From Paraspadella gotoi (Eukaryota; Animalia; Chaetognatha): DNA of 64,000 bases. Below, in pieces: positions 39,763 to 53,293 of this stretch (positions within the stretch are counted from its first letter, which is position 1; every line of letters starts with the position of its first letter). The notes under the pieces are model-generated. The model was not told the DNA's origin, made no database searches, and saw only the letters and a list, made by a program, of their open reading frames with translations. The translations under genes and the position numbers were made by a program. The stretch spans positions 16,955,777-17,019,776 of the forward strand of contig CM119263.1 in assembly GCA_051294375.1 (NCBI GenBank), read 5' to 3'.

Positions 39763-40032
39763 TCCGAGAAAATCTATTATCTATTCAGCGAATTGGAAAA
39801 CCAGAAAAAACGTAATGAAACAAACACTGCAAAATGTACATTGTACAATGTACATTGTTTCTATGAATTATGAAATTGTAAAAAAAAAAAAAAATTATTG
39901 AAGTTGACTACACGTGAAACTAAGGGATTTATTCTGGTCGGCCTTAGTGCCTACTTTTTTTCCCTCCAGCTAATCGTTCGTCCTCAGAATTCCAACTCTC
40001 TTCCTCTTCTCTCTCTCTCCTCTCTCCTCTCT

Positions 40033-40071
<39 letters not shown>

Positions 40072-40694
40072 CTTGTTCATCAAATGTTTCTCATTAAATT
40101 CAACGCTGAAAAACAAACCTTATTACTTTTTTTTTCTTCCTCCCTTTTTTTACTCTTTTAGCCTGAGTTGAGCTTTTCGAAATTTTCTAAATGTTAAAAA
40201 GAAAATTAGTAAACCGAAACGAAATTTAACGATATATATATATATATATATATGTACTTGTTAGCTCGAAGATGTTAGATTTAAGATTTAAGATTTAATA
40301 AAAAAAAAAAAAAATTTAAGATGATACTTAATCTGAAATTTGTTGCGTCCACAATACTTTGAATGTCGTCAATTTTCTTTTCTTAACATCTCAAAAAAGA
40401 GAAACTGCACATCACACTGCGGCACCACCTGCCATTGTCGCACGCGCATCGCAACGCGCGTGCCTCGATCGACTCTCGTCCTTTTTTTTTCGGGTGATTA
40501 TCATTAAAACGAAACACGCGCGCGCGGTTCAATCAACGCGGCTTTTCCGGGAGGAAGCCGCGCCCGCGGCTGCCGTTTGACGAGCGGCGGCTGACGCAGC
40601 GTTCGCGGATATTTTATCGGCGGAAGTTTTTACACGGTTGTCGTCGCGGTTGCTGTAATTGCTGCAGTCGTGCCGCCCCTTAAACGCTTTGTTG

Positions 40695-40735
40695 ACGCTG
40701 AGGGCGGGGCACAGTCACTCCTCAGTCGTTAACGA
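40695..40735 (+). promoter_or_regulatory. GC-box plus initiator-like motif in a CpG-rich island
   Basis: GAGGGCGGGGC followed by CAGTCACTCCTCAGTCG; duplicate near 47228. Confidence 0.3.
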
Positions 40736-41901
40736 CGACCGAGTCTCTCGGTTTTTTTCGTGATTGGAAAGAAGAGAAATCGGAGTTTTGGCTTTCGGGT
40801 TCGGGAAAAGGATTCGAACTCGGTACCTTTTTGAGCCACAGAGGAACGCTCCACGAAAGCGCCACGGATTTTTCGAAGGCAGCAATTTATCGGTTTTAAC
40901 GACGGAGACGGCGGCGGACGGCGGGCGGCGGGCGGCGGGCGGCGACCGCAACGGAGTGACTTTTTCGCTACAAACAAACGAAACCAATTAAATCGACGTT
41001 GGAGACTTTAAATTTAAAGAGAGACGGAAAAGTTCAACCACCGACGCCAACAGACGCTGCCGCCACCCAATTAAACGCTGTCGCAGATATCTAAAATATT
41101 TGCGCGTTTGTATGAATATGACCTATTTATACTACCTTCAACTATACTTAACTATTTGTACGTTTATCAAACATACTCATTATTATTCTTCGCTATCAGA
41201 TGGAATTGTCTGGATCATTAAAAAAAATATCATCGGCGCGGCATTGAAGAGGCGTCGCTCGAGCATTTCCGAGGTATCGACGTTGACAAAGGATTTCGCA
41301 TCGCTATCGACGTCATTTTATCTGCGTTCGGCGTCAGAAAAACCGAGTTCGGTTGTCAATATTTTTCAACTCTTATCTACGGAGCAGAATCCTCATAAAA
41401 GCCCCATTAATGCGGATGCGGTGGCGGTGGCGGTACAGCGGTGCCTCAGACTCCAGGAAAAAATTTCAAAATCGAGTGAAAAAAGGTCATGGGGTGGCGG
41501 GGGTGTATTGGAGGTCATCGATTTCGATTTTGATAGGTTAACTGATAAGTAGATGGTTCTTGGGGTGGGGCTTCTGATCAGAAAAGATCGCTAAACCGTA
41601 ACCTATCTTTCTTTCTTTGACTTTTCTTTACTCCTCTAAAATAAAATATATTCTATCCTATTTCGAAGATTCATATTGGCCAACCTTGCGGCATTTCCTT
41701 CATGACTATGGTGTTAATTGCATAAAATGATACGGCGTCGAAAGCTGATTGTCTTCCCCTTGGAATAATGTCAGAGGCATAAGGAAAATGTTATTTTTTC
41801 CAACCAACGTATAAAAGTATCATAATTTTTCTTTAACTACTTCATGTATTTACAATTGAAAAATATTTTAAGCAAAAACATTTTTTTTACTTTATGTCAC
41901 C

Positions 41902-42660
41902 CGTTTAACCAGGTTTATCACTGCTGATAATATCACTTATAGATTTTATTCAGATAAAGGAGTTTACTTAGTCCTGTGGTCTGATGCGATTCATGCGATT
42001 TTAAAATTAAGAGAGAATTTGATTTTCAATCTGGTATTCAACTAAGAACATTTCGCGCAAAATATATAGGAAATTACTATTTTCCAAGAATTTAAAAATT
42101 TTTCTTGCAGTTATCGTTTAAACAGGTTTATTAATATTAACAATTGATAATAGTTTTATTAGTTATAATTCGGTTTGGCTCATTAATGGTCTGTTGCGGT
42201 TTTTTGCGGTTTTTGAGTTTTAGGAAAGAAATATACCTACCAGTTACATGTCAATCAATCGAAAAATAACAAAGAAGAACTAGTTTTCAGATTTTCTTTT
42301 CCGACTGATCTTCTTATATTCGTTTATCAGGTTTTATCTGAACTGAATATCATTGTCAGTTGAAACAGGTAGCATAAGGTTCTAGTAATAATGGTTAAAT
42401 GCGATTTTAGCGTTTTGGTATGTAAAGAGAGAAATAAGGCTTGTACCAATGAACTTCCCCAATATCCAAGAATAGACAAAGAAGAACTAGGGATTTAAAT
42501 TGCCTCTGTACATCTTTTATTTTTGACGAATTCGTTTACAAAGGTTTTTGGTAAAAAAGAAATATATTCATGTTTAAAAGCTGGACTGAGATTACAGTGA
42601 TTTAGGGTTAAGTGATTTTCGTTAATTTTCAAGTTTTAATGGAGAAGAGAGCTCATCCAG
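41902..42660. repeat. Diverged ~210-bp tandem repeat, ~4 units
   Basis: Anchor CGTTTA..AGGTTT at 41902, 42115, 42321 and 42533; ACAAAGAAGAACTAG recurs ~208 bp apart. Confidence 0.65.
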
Positions 42661-42844
42661 TAACCCCATCAGACCCCCGAGATTATCAAGGTTTGATAAA
42701 CTTGTTTTATAATTTCACTGTTTGGGCGATATTTGCTTGTCTTGTTATCTTGTCTTTGTCTAATATATATCCTTGTACGTCATTTAATGCAATAAATACC
42801 ATCAATCATTGAATCAATTAAACTGAATAAAAACTTATATTCAT

Positions 42845-42881
<37 letters not shown>

Positions 42882-43606
42882 AGAGAGGCAACGAGACCGG
42901 ACGAGAACGACGACAAAGAATCGACGACAAACCGAGTCGATGGACCTGACCGATCTGACCGGACCAAAGTTCGCCTCTCTCCTCTTTGCCGGTTTCTATT
43001 CTCCCGCCTTTTTCCTTTTCCCCTTCCCCAAGAAAAAAACGGTGTGAGAATTTGAGAACAGAATATCGATACAAAACGATTAGTATTTATTACAATATAA
43101 GGATCATCGACACGGGTTCATTTTCCGATGGCAAGAAGCCCTTCTTCTCATTGGTCGTCCGATGGTGATTCGTCCAATGAGAGAATCCTGGCAAATCTAT
43201 CCGAGTCGCGGATACCATTCCATCTTTGGTTCGATTCCACCCTTCGAATGCTCTCATAGTTTCTCTTAGGAAAACTCAGACAGACCAACTTCAAGTCACT
43301 TTGACACTATTCCTTACGATTTTCTCTGGAATATCACTATTTTCCTACGACTTTTACCGGACCGCCGTTATTTTTATTTCGGAGATTTTTTGTATGATTT
43401 TTGCTGGATTTCTGTTGATTTCGCTGGATTTTCGTCTGATTTACATCTTTTTATTACCATTTGATTTAACATTTCTACATTCGACCTTTAATTATTTGGT
43501 TTGCTTTTGAGAGATCGTTCGGGAGTCCTTGTCATGATGCAGTTGAGACCTCCCTCACGAGACAGCCATTCCTACCTGCGACGCGGGAGAGCAAGTTCTC
43601 TACAGA

Positions 43607-43639
<33 letters not shown>

Positions 43640-44017
43640 GAAAAAGAAGAAGAAGAGAGATATAAAAATACGTATAATAACACGCAAATTAATTAATAAA
43701 AACAACGAGCTCTTTTTCCCCTTTTTCATTTTCCCTTCTTTAATTATGCAATCGAGATATGAGGAAACACAACCACTGACCATGTAAGGCGTAGTAAATT
43801 TCTAAATTTAACTTTAATTAAAATTCTAAAAGTGCAGGAACGAAAACATTATATTAAATGAACATTTATGTAATAAAAAATTTTATAAATAATTTTACAA
43901 TTTACGCAGTAGGCCATATTTAATACTAGTACTAAATCCAATAAATGTTAAAATTTCAAAACAGTTTTTTTCTAAATTTTTTTTGCGGATTGGATTCTCA
44001 TAAAAAGTTGATATAAA

Positions 44018-44179
44018 AGAAATATAACTCTTTTGAAAAATTCCTTCATTAAGTGGGTCAAAAAATTAGAAAAAGCTATATTTTTTAAGCTGAAAATTAA
44101 TTTTTTATACTATTAAATATAGATTTTTTTTTCAATTTTTAACCCACTTAATGAAAGATTTTTAAAAATGATTCTATTT
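44018..44179. repeat. Long inverted repeat / foldback (MITE-like), truncated by gap
   Basis: TTCATTAAGTGGGTCAAAAAATT (44045-) pairs with AATTTTTAACCCACTTAATGAA (-44155); arms are ~60 bp and run to the gap. Confidence 0.75.
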
Positions 44180-44204
44180 NNNNNNNNNNNNNNNNNNNNN
44201 NNNN

Positions 44205-44893
44205 TTAAAAAAAGGTTTTCTTTTTGAAAACTTCCTTTTCTTTTCTCAATACATGAACTAAATTTTAACATTCATATTTAATCCCAATCTGTTACCTAAC
44301 CCATGTCTATATTTAATCCAAACCCTAACCTAACTCTATTCCCTAACCCTAATCCTTAATCTAATCCTTAACCCCTAATCCTTAACCTTAACCTTTAGCC
44401 TAATCTTTAATCTTAAAAGCTAACTTAATTTCTAATTTAAGATGAAATGCGACCTTTTTTGGAAAAGAGCATAGTTCCTAAAGCAACATTTAATAAACGA
44501 AGAGCAATGGATGATAGGCAACTAAATAAAAAGACAAGTTACCTTTTTTTCTCCTCGTCTTTCTCATAATTATTAAAATTTGTAATATCCGCCGCGACCC
44601 CCCCCCCGGCGTTTTTTTTTTGTCTTCCGTCAAATTTTTTCATTTACCCGGTTTTGAGAAAAAACACTTTTTTGTTTTCGGATTGAAACTTAATTTCAAT
44701 TCAATTTTATCGCGCGTCGTTTGTCGAGACAACCCGAAGGAAAAAAAAAAATCACTTACGCTTAAAAACCTTTTTAATCTAAAGAGACGAAGCGTTTCGG
44801 TTGCAATGAGAGCGCTTAAAACACCTGAACTTGTAGTAGAGCTATCTCGTCGGGGGGAGAGAGAGAGAGAGAGAGAGGAAGAGAGAGAGTAGA

Positions 44894-44933
<40 letters not shown>

Positions 44934-45548
44934 AGAGAGTCAGAGTCTATGCGAGAGCAATATACCCAGCGGTGCCATTACGTGATGAGCTTTGTGTTTG
45001 ATTCAGGAAGGGAGAAACGTTTTATGATATAGGAAAGTGTAAATAAATGGGTTTGGGAATTGCAAACGCGGCCCACCGCCTATCAGGAAATCCCTTTTTT
45101 TTGTAGAAAAAGAGAAATAGAGAGCACATAGAGTTTTTTATGTTTTAACATTTTTTTCTCATTGTTTACAAAAGATTTTATGGCATCAGGAACTCACAGT
45201 AGAATACTGTATACTAACTTCGAATGTCATTTATATACACAACATAAGTTCAAATTACTTTAATTAAATCATACGATGAATAAATCAAAGTATCTTACTG
45301 CATCTATTGTTTCCTCCTCCTCAGCGGCATAATCATTACATTTTTAATTCGAGAGTGGAAGACGAACGGGAGACAAAGAGAAAACTAAGAAAAAAAGAAT
45401 CAAAAGAAAAAGAAAGAATAAAAATAAAAAAAAAAAAAGAAAAAAGACTTGGGCAACAGTGATGAAGGAAAGCAACTAATTTTCTTCGTTTCACTAACTA
45501 CCAAAGAAAGTTTCATAACCTCATCCCGGAAATGATTTATCATCCTCA

Positions 45549-45625
<77 letters not shown>

Positions 45626-46145
45626 CCCTCTCCCTGTCTTTATACTCTTCGGCGCACATTATCTTCGTATTCCCCAGGTAGACAGATTCCAACAGGTGCT
45701 TATAATTCCAGTCTCTCTCTTCAGTTTTCTTGGCACAGGAAAAAATTTGGCTTTTTTCTCATCAATAATTTTTATATTAACAAGGTCGGATAGCCGGATC
45801 TAAGTATAACGTTAGTGACTAGTATTTATCTAGTGATTATCAAATGACTTATCGTGACAAATCCTAAGAAAAATACATTACAGCTTTTTCTTTTTTTATT
45901 TTACAATTCTCTTTTTCTTATGATATCCATTTCCAAATGATTAGTGTAAATAAAACTTTGACTATAAGATTCTAAACTCTGCCTGGGCAGTAGCCCTTTT
46001 CCGCCCAGCTTTATACGCGGAGGGAGAGAAAGATGGGAGGGCGGGAAGAGGGTGGAGGGAAGGCGGGGAAAAAGCATATTCGTAATTCCGGCTTGAGGAA
46101 CCTTGAAGTGTGAAGCTTCATCCGGTTTTGCCGGAATGAGAAGAA

Positions 46146-46229
<84 letters not shown>

Positions 46230-46502
46230 CTTTCTCTTCTCTCTCTCTTCTTTTCCTCTCTCTCTCTCGGATCCGAGAAAATCTATTATCTATTCAGCGA
46301 ATTGGAAAACCAGAAAAAACGTAATTGAAACAAACACTGCAAAATGTACATTGTACAAAGTACATTGTTTCTATGAATTATGAAATTGTAAAAAAAAAAA
46401 AAATTATTTGAAGTTGACTACACGTGAAACTAAGGATTTATTCTGCGTCCGGCCTTAGTGCCTACTTTTCCCTCAGCTAATCGTTCGTCCTCAGAATTCC
46501 AA

Positions 46503-46599
<97 letters not shown>

Positions 46600-47978
46600 C
46601 TTGTTCATCAAATGTTTCTCATTAAATTCAACGGCTGAAAAACAAACCTTATTACTTTTTTTTTCTTCCTCCTTTTTTTACCTTTTAGCCTGAGTTGAGC
46701 TTTTCGAAATTTTCTAAATGTTAAAAAGAAAATTAGTTAAACCGAACGAAATTTAACGATATTATATATATATATATATATGTACTTGTTAGCTCGAAGA
46801 TGTTAGGATTTAAGATTTAAGATTTAATAAAAAAAAAAAAAATTTAAAGATGATACTTAATCTGAAATTTGTTGCGTCCACAATACTTTGAATGTCGTCA
46901 ATTTCTTTTCTTAACATCTCAAAAAAGAGAAACTGCACATCACACTGCGGCACCACCTGCCATTGTCGCACGCGCATCGCAACGCGCGTGCCTCGATCGA
47001 CTCTCGTCCTTTTTTTTTCGGCGGTGATTATCATAAAACGAAACACCGCGCGCGCGGTTCAATCAACGCGGCTTTTCCGGGAGGAAGCCGCGCCCGCGGC
47101 TGCCGTTTGACGAGCGGCGGTGACGCAGCGTTCGCGATATTTATCGGCGGAAGTTTTTACACGGTTGTATCGTCGCGGTTGCTGTAATTGCTGCAGTCGT
47201 GCCGCCCTTAAACGCTTTGTTGACGCTGAGGGCGGGGCACAGTCACTCCTCAGTCGTTAACGACGACCGAGTCTCTCGGTTTTCTTTCGTGATTGGAAAG
47301 AAGGAGAAATCGGAGTTTTGGCTTCGGGTTCGGGAAAAGGATTCGAATCGGTACCTTTTTTGAAGCCACAGAGGAAACGCTCCACGAAAGCGCCACGGAT
47401 TTTTCGGAAGGCAGCAATTTATCGGTTTTAACGACGGAGACGGCGGCGGACGGCGGGGCGGCGGGGCGCGGCGGGCGGCGACCGCAACGAGTGACTTTTT
47501 CGCTACAAACAAACGAAACCAATTAAATCGATCGTTGGAGACTTTAAATTTAAAGAGAGACGGAAAAAGTTTTCAACCACCGACGCCAACAGACAGCTGT
47601 CCGCCACCCAATTAAACGCTGTCGCAGATATATCTAAAATAATATTGCGCGTTTGTATGAATATGACCTATTTATACTACCTTCAACTATACTTTAACTA
47701 TTGTACGTTTTATCAAACATACTCATTATTATTCTTCGCTATCAGATGGAATTGTCTGGATCATTAAAAAAAAATATCATCGGCGCGGCATTGAAGAGGC
47801 GTCGCTCGAGCATTTTCGAGGTATGCGACGTTGACAAAGGATTTCGCATCGCTATCGACGTCATTTTACTGGTTCGGCTCAGAAAAACCGAGTTCGGTTG
47901 TCAATATTTTTCAATCTTATCTACGGAGCAGAATCCTCATAAAAGCCCATTAATGCGGATGCGGTGGCGGTGGCGGTA
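44205..47978 (+). repeat. Segment B copy 2
   Basis: Begins immediately after the 25-N gap 44180-44204; indel-only divergence. Confidence 0.96.
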
Positions 47979-48145
47979 ACGGCGGCGGCCAGCGGCGGCG
48001 GCAGCGCGGCGGCAGCGGCAGCGGCAGCGGCCTCAGCGACGACTCATTAAGCCTGTTCCACGAATCAATGACGTCATGAACGCTGTCTGATATCGTCACG
48101 AGAGCAGCGCGATGTTGCAAGCGAAATCGAATAGACGCGGGTCAG
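47746..48145. CDS. GC-rich probable exon with Ala/Gly/Pro triplet tract; strand and frame unresolved
   Basis: CTATCAG|ATG acceptor and CAG|GTGAT donor on +; several long open frames on both strands. Confidence 0.3.
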
Positions 48146-49502
48146 GTGATAAGTAATTAACCGGGTATCGCGCAACAATTCCGTAATTGTCGCTTAAATA
48201 AAAGGGAAAACAATTTTTCGAAAGATAAAATTAGTGACTAACGTCAGTAATGACGGGGAAGCGACAACAACAACAAAATTCCCTCACTCGCTCTTCCGCT
48301 AGGAAAAAAAAAATCCGAGCCCAACCGAATCTCACCTTTTATCCCCTCGAATTTAATGCGTTCTTCCCCCCCCCACGCCCCCACGCCCCCAGCCCTCTAT
48401 TCTCGCGCTCGATCAGCTTTTTGTTCAGATTTTTAAATTTTTTATTTTTTTTATTTTTTTTTTTATATAAATTTTCATCTCATCCGCTTTTGATGAAAAT
48501 ATTCATGTTTCCCTCGACCGGAAACCACTGAACCGTTCCTTCGAAGACTTCGGTTTTTTTTAAGCAGGGAATTCCCGTAGTTCAAAGGAAGAGGCCCTCT
48601 AGCGGTGGCACGACTAAGTTGAAAGAGGAGAAAATGCTTATCATCTTCATCAAGCGAGCAATTCCTTCTCTGACTATACTAAACGGTGAATATTTTTTTT
48701 TCCCAACCGATAATTATTCTTTCCTCTTCCCCCCCACCCCCCTTCTTGTTCTTCTTCGCTCCCCCCCCCGATTCTTTTCTTTCTTCTTCTCAGAGGCCAT
48801 TTTCCCCTTCCCCGGGAATCCGAGAGAATCAAGAGAATATCCAAGGCCCTTTTCCTCGGATGAGGGTCGGCGATTCTAATCCAGTTCTTGACCCATAACC
48901 TGCGCGGGGGAACTTGGCGCGACCCTTACTCATGGCCCCAAACCCCGGGCCCACCCCCCCATCACCCCGTCTCCATGGTTACCTCGGTGTTAGGCAAGTC
49001 GCTGTATCGACGTCTTCGTTTCTCGAAAGACTTACTAAAAACTCTCGCCAGTCACCAACTCTAAATGGTAAAGAGCATCTTTGCTGATCTTAAATCAAAC
49101 TGCCTTTCCCTGACCGTCAATATTTTCATTCTTAGTTCCGCGTTACAGTTTATTTCAAGAACTTCCTTTAAAAAAAATTATAATTCAGTGCATTACGACG
49201 CGTATTACGTATTAAATATGTAAAAACGAAAGCGTTAACGCAGGACTAAGTAAGACGCGAAAATATATTCATTGTATGCAAGATCCCCTATGATCGAATT
49301 TATGCAAATTAAAATTAATTTCGTTTTAAAACAGAATTAAGTTTTTAGTTTTATTTATAAATACAAGTTCTTTTTTTCTCCTTCCTTCTTTTTAAAAAAA
49401 ATAAAAACTAAAAACTGGAGAAAACCCTTTAAGCCCTAAAAACCTTTTTTTTGACACATTTTACAGAAAATATGAGGTAACAAAAAAAATATTGACTTGC
49501 AG

Positions 49503-50431
49503 ATCGAGGGTCCGACTAATTCCAGCGCCCGACGCCGAGAACTCTCTCGGCTCCACAACTCGGCTCCTTACCCAACCCCAGACTACTTTCCCGCCGCACC
49601 GACCGAGTTTACCTCGCACTCACTCTGGAGCTCTTGTCGAGACCTCTCTCTTCCCACTTCTCATTACTCTGCCTCTCATTCGCGCGCGTTGACACGACAA
49701 CGTCGCTCCCGCGTGCAGTGGATTCTATCACCGCTTCCACTCCAGTTGTGCGTGACAAAACTTTCATGTCGTTAGGAAAGTAAGTTCAACCCAAGACCCC
49801 CTTATCCTCGTTGTCATGAAGTTGGATGCCGCCGCCACCGAAGCCCCCAGCCGACTTTACCAACTAGGCTGCCGCCGCCGCCGCCATCGAGTCTTGGACG
49901 TAGCATTTACGAGGCTCATAAAGGAGGATGTCATGACGGGGCCGATACAAGGGGGAAAAGGCGTCAAAAGAAGATGACGATGATAACGACGACGAAGAGG
50001 ATGACTATAAAAAAAAAATGGCGATGAAGTCGATCTACTGAAACATGTCACATGACTGAAAACTTAAAAGGTTATATTTAGGAAAAAGAAAAAGTTTAAA
50101 TGTGTAAACGTTCTCAAAAAACTATTCGTCCGATAAAAATCTCGACTTTCGTAAACTGTAAAAAATACGTTGAAAAAAAAAACACGTGAATTTAATCACC
50201 CATAAATCGGACTAGCGAAGCGAAATTGAGGCGTTTAACTACCGTCACAAAGATGCCATAAATGGTCACAAAGTTGTCGTAAAGTATCTCGATGAAGATA
50301 CGGACACTTGGACAGAAGGACGACGCGCTTAATGAGGCAGTTGAGAGAGACGACAGGCGAGAGAGGGACGATGAAGACGAGGACGTGGACGAAGACGATA
50401 ACGACGATAATACCGTCAACATCGACGAAAG
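49503..50431 (+). CDS. Candidate multi-exon gene with Pro-rich and acidic exons
   Basis: TTGCAG acceptor at 49502, AA|GTAAGT donor at 49780 with a ~42-nt intron, then EAFNYRHKDAINGHKVVVKYLDEDTDTWTE plus a D/E-rich tract to AG|GTGC. Indels needed. Confidence 0.35.
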
Positions 50432-50808
50432 GTGCTGAAGTTTAAAAGTGGTTAAACAACTTCTAATAGTTATTATTCTTTACTTGAATATAGTTATGAT
50501 CAATGGAATTGAAGGAACGAGTCCTGTGAATTTAAATTTAATTTTGAAATATTTCGTATCAAAGTAGCAATGAAAGTTTCTCCAAACAAAAGGACTGAGC
50601 AATGTGAGAATGTGAGCAATGAAAGAATTGTGAGCATTGTCAAATTCAAATTAATTTTTCAGCTTTAAAAAAAATTCATCTTAAAATTACCATGTTTTTG
50701 AAATATACGTTTTTTAGTGTGTAAAAAAGGAAGGGCGCGCGATTCTCGAGTTGACGCGTCGACCAGCTGCAAATGCAGTAAAAGTTTAAAAAAATGGGGA
50801 AAGACTAT

Positions 50809-50909
<101 letters not shown>

Positions 50910-51903
50910 CGAGAAACGTCGATAGCGTATTTGGAGAAGGTAGAAAGAACCTGGAGCGAGTTGATTGCTTTGTAGACAAAAAAGAGCGAGCGAATTGCCT
51001 CGTGCAAGGGGAGCACGTTCGGTCGTTTGTTTGGAGAGAGCGCGCGGTGAGACGGTAATGATAATTCCCTCAACTAAATCAGCAGTTAACGACCTTTAAA
51101 AGAGTAGTAATGGACAACTTTTTTTTTTCTACGAGCGCGGAGCGGCGATATTCTTGGTTTATGAGAAGAAAAAAAAATGGGAATAATTAATTGACGTCGA
51201 GATTTAATCGAGTTAAACCTCGAACTGGAATCTTCGGAGATGCCATCGTTATCGTGGACAGAAACGGATGGAAGGCTGGAACCGTTCTATCCAATCAGCT
51301 TGTCGATAGCGGTAGCGGTTGAAGCCGGAAATTTTTATAAAACGTCATGATTTTTTTATTTTTTATTTTTTTGTCGTTTCGTTTAAGGTAAAACAAACAA
51401 GTTGAATTTCCGTACACAACATAAAATTCAAAGGGAACTCGGTTGACCCCGGTCGCGGAGGGTAGTTCGGGAAAAAAAGATTTTATGGCATTTCTTGTGA
51501 CAACAGTGGCAATGGACCTTTTTACTCTTTTGGAAAAAACTCGAAAAGTTTGAAAGATATGCGTTTTTAGATGTATACCAGTAAAACAGCTTGACGCATC
51601 GATAGAGAGAGAAAGAGAGAAAGAGAGAAAGAGAGAAAGAGAGAAAGAGAGAAAGAGAGAAAGAGAGAGAGAGAGAAATAAAAAAAAGGCTTATGAAAAA
51701 TAAAATCCCCTGCCGAGTGGCGGACGCCAACTCCGCCTGACGCGGCGTGGCGTGATCCCAATCCATGACAAACTAGGGTCGCCGCAATTCAGATAGTTTG
51801 TTTTGTTTTCTTTGGTCTTGTTTTCTTTTGTCGCGCTGGACATAATAGATTAAAAACCATTTTTCTTCCGTATGATATCATTGAATCAATACATGCAACA
51901 TAC

Positions 51904-52099
51904 CCAGTGATTTGAAAGTGTAGCATCTCAAAGAAAGGTGAGGAAAAAAAGAGACGCGTCATATGTTTGCTCATCGCCAAGAGAGTTGGCGCGAACGAGT
52001 TCGGGGCAGCAGCTGAGTGTTTCTTCATTTCCGTGAGGGACCTAGGAATCCATCGGGAGCCAAAGAAGCCGCACAAAGAGGAGGACAAAAAGGTCAAAA
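51904..52099 (-). CDS. Candidate internal exon
   Basis: TTTCAG acceptor, GG|GTATGT donor and a single open frame (LTFLSSSLCGFFGSRW...FEMLHFQITG). Confidence 0.35.
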
Positions 52100-52620
52100 C
52101 TGAAATTCTCTCTCCCTTTTTTCGTAGCCATGCCTCCGACCTTTTCTCGTTATCAGTCTCTCGGTTTTCTCTTATCTTGTCCTCAACGGTTCGCTCTTTC
52201 AATCGCTCGCTCGCTCTCTTGATCGGGCACCACACAGTCTTTTCGCAATCCACTCTTGACCTTCAACGCTCAAATCATTCTCCTCTTAATCTTCAGAACG
52301 AAAATAATTCTTCATCTTTTTTCATTCTTCTCTGGTGGCATATCTCACTTTTTTTTTATCCAAAACTGATAACTTCTTTTCTTTCACTTTCCTCCACTCA
52401 GCGAATCACTGCTCGCTGTCTTTTCTTTTCTTTTCCATGACCTAGTGATTCACTTTTTCTTTCTTTTTTTTACCTTGTGACTTTTAAATTCTTTACTGAA
52501 CACGAGAAAACAAATCAGGCACAAAACGTTCACGAGTTGTAAACGACTCAGAAAAAAAAAATATCAAAAAAAAAGAAGAAGAAAGTACATTGCTTATAGA
52601 TTGTGCAAGTTCAGGGTACA

Positions 52621-52750
<130 letters not shown>

Positions 52751-53024
52751 CCGGTCCGAAATTGAAACTGATTTTATTCGTCTTGAGATAAAAGGCGATG
52801 AGAGCGACGATAAATCTTCCTTCGCCGCGAGAATTCGTCTCCTCGTTTTGTTTGTTTCTCTCAAAATTCAAACAAAACCTTTCATGTTTCTATCCGACGC
52901 ATTCGGATCATTTTTTTGGGGTCCCACTTTTTTTTTTGTCGTCGTTCAGTTTCCGGCACTATTTTGTGAGAGCGCCCCATTTTTGTTCCTATTCTCTGAA
53001 TTTAATTTTAACATAAATATTTAA

Positions 53025-53275
53025 TCGTAATCTATACTATACCAAACCCTAATACCTAACCCTTACTTTTATCTCTAACTTAATCCTTAACCCAAAATCT
53101 ATAAATGTATTTTTCAACTATGAACACTTATTTCTTCCTAATTTTAATGCTTAATTAAATCGTTAACCCAAACCCTAACCTATACTCTAAACCAAATACT
53201 TAACCTAACTATACTAATTTAATCTAATCTAATCTAATATTTAAATTTAAAAAATTATTTAAATCTCAATTTAAA
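53025..53275. repeat. Second degenerate (CCCTAA)n-like array
   Basis: accctaa/cctaac/cttaat hexamer variants. Confidence 0.65.
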
Positions 53276-53293
53276 CTGAAATGTGGTAATTTT

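Larger units (their letters stand above)
37763..41435 (+). repeat. Segment B copy 1 (~3.7 kb)
   Basis: Colinear with 44205-47978. Confidence 0.96.
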
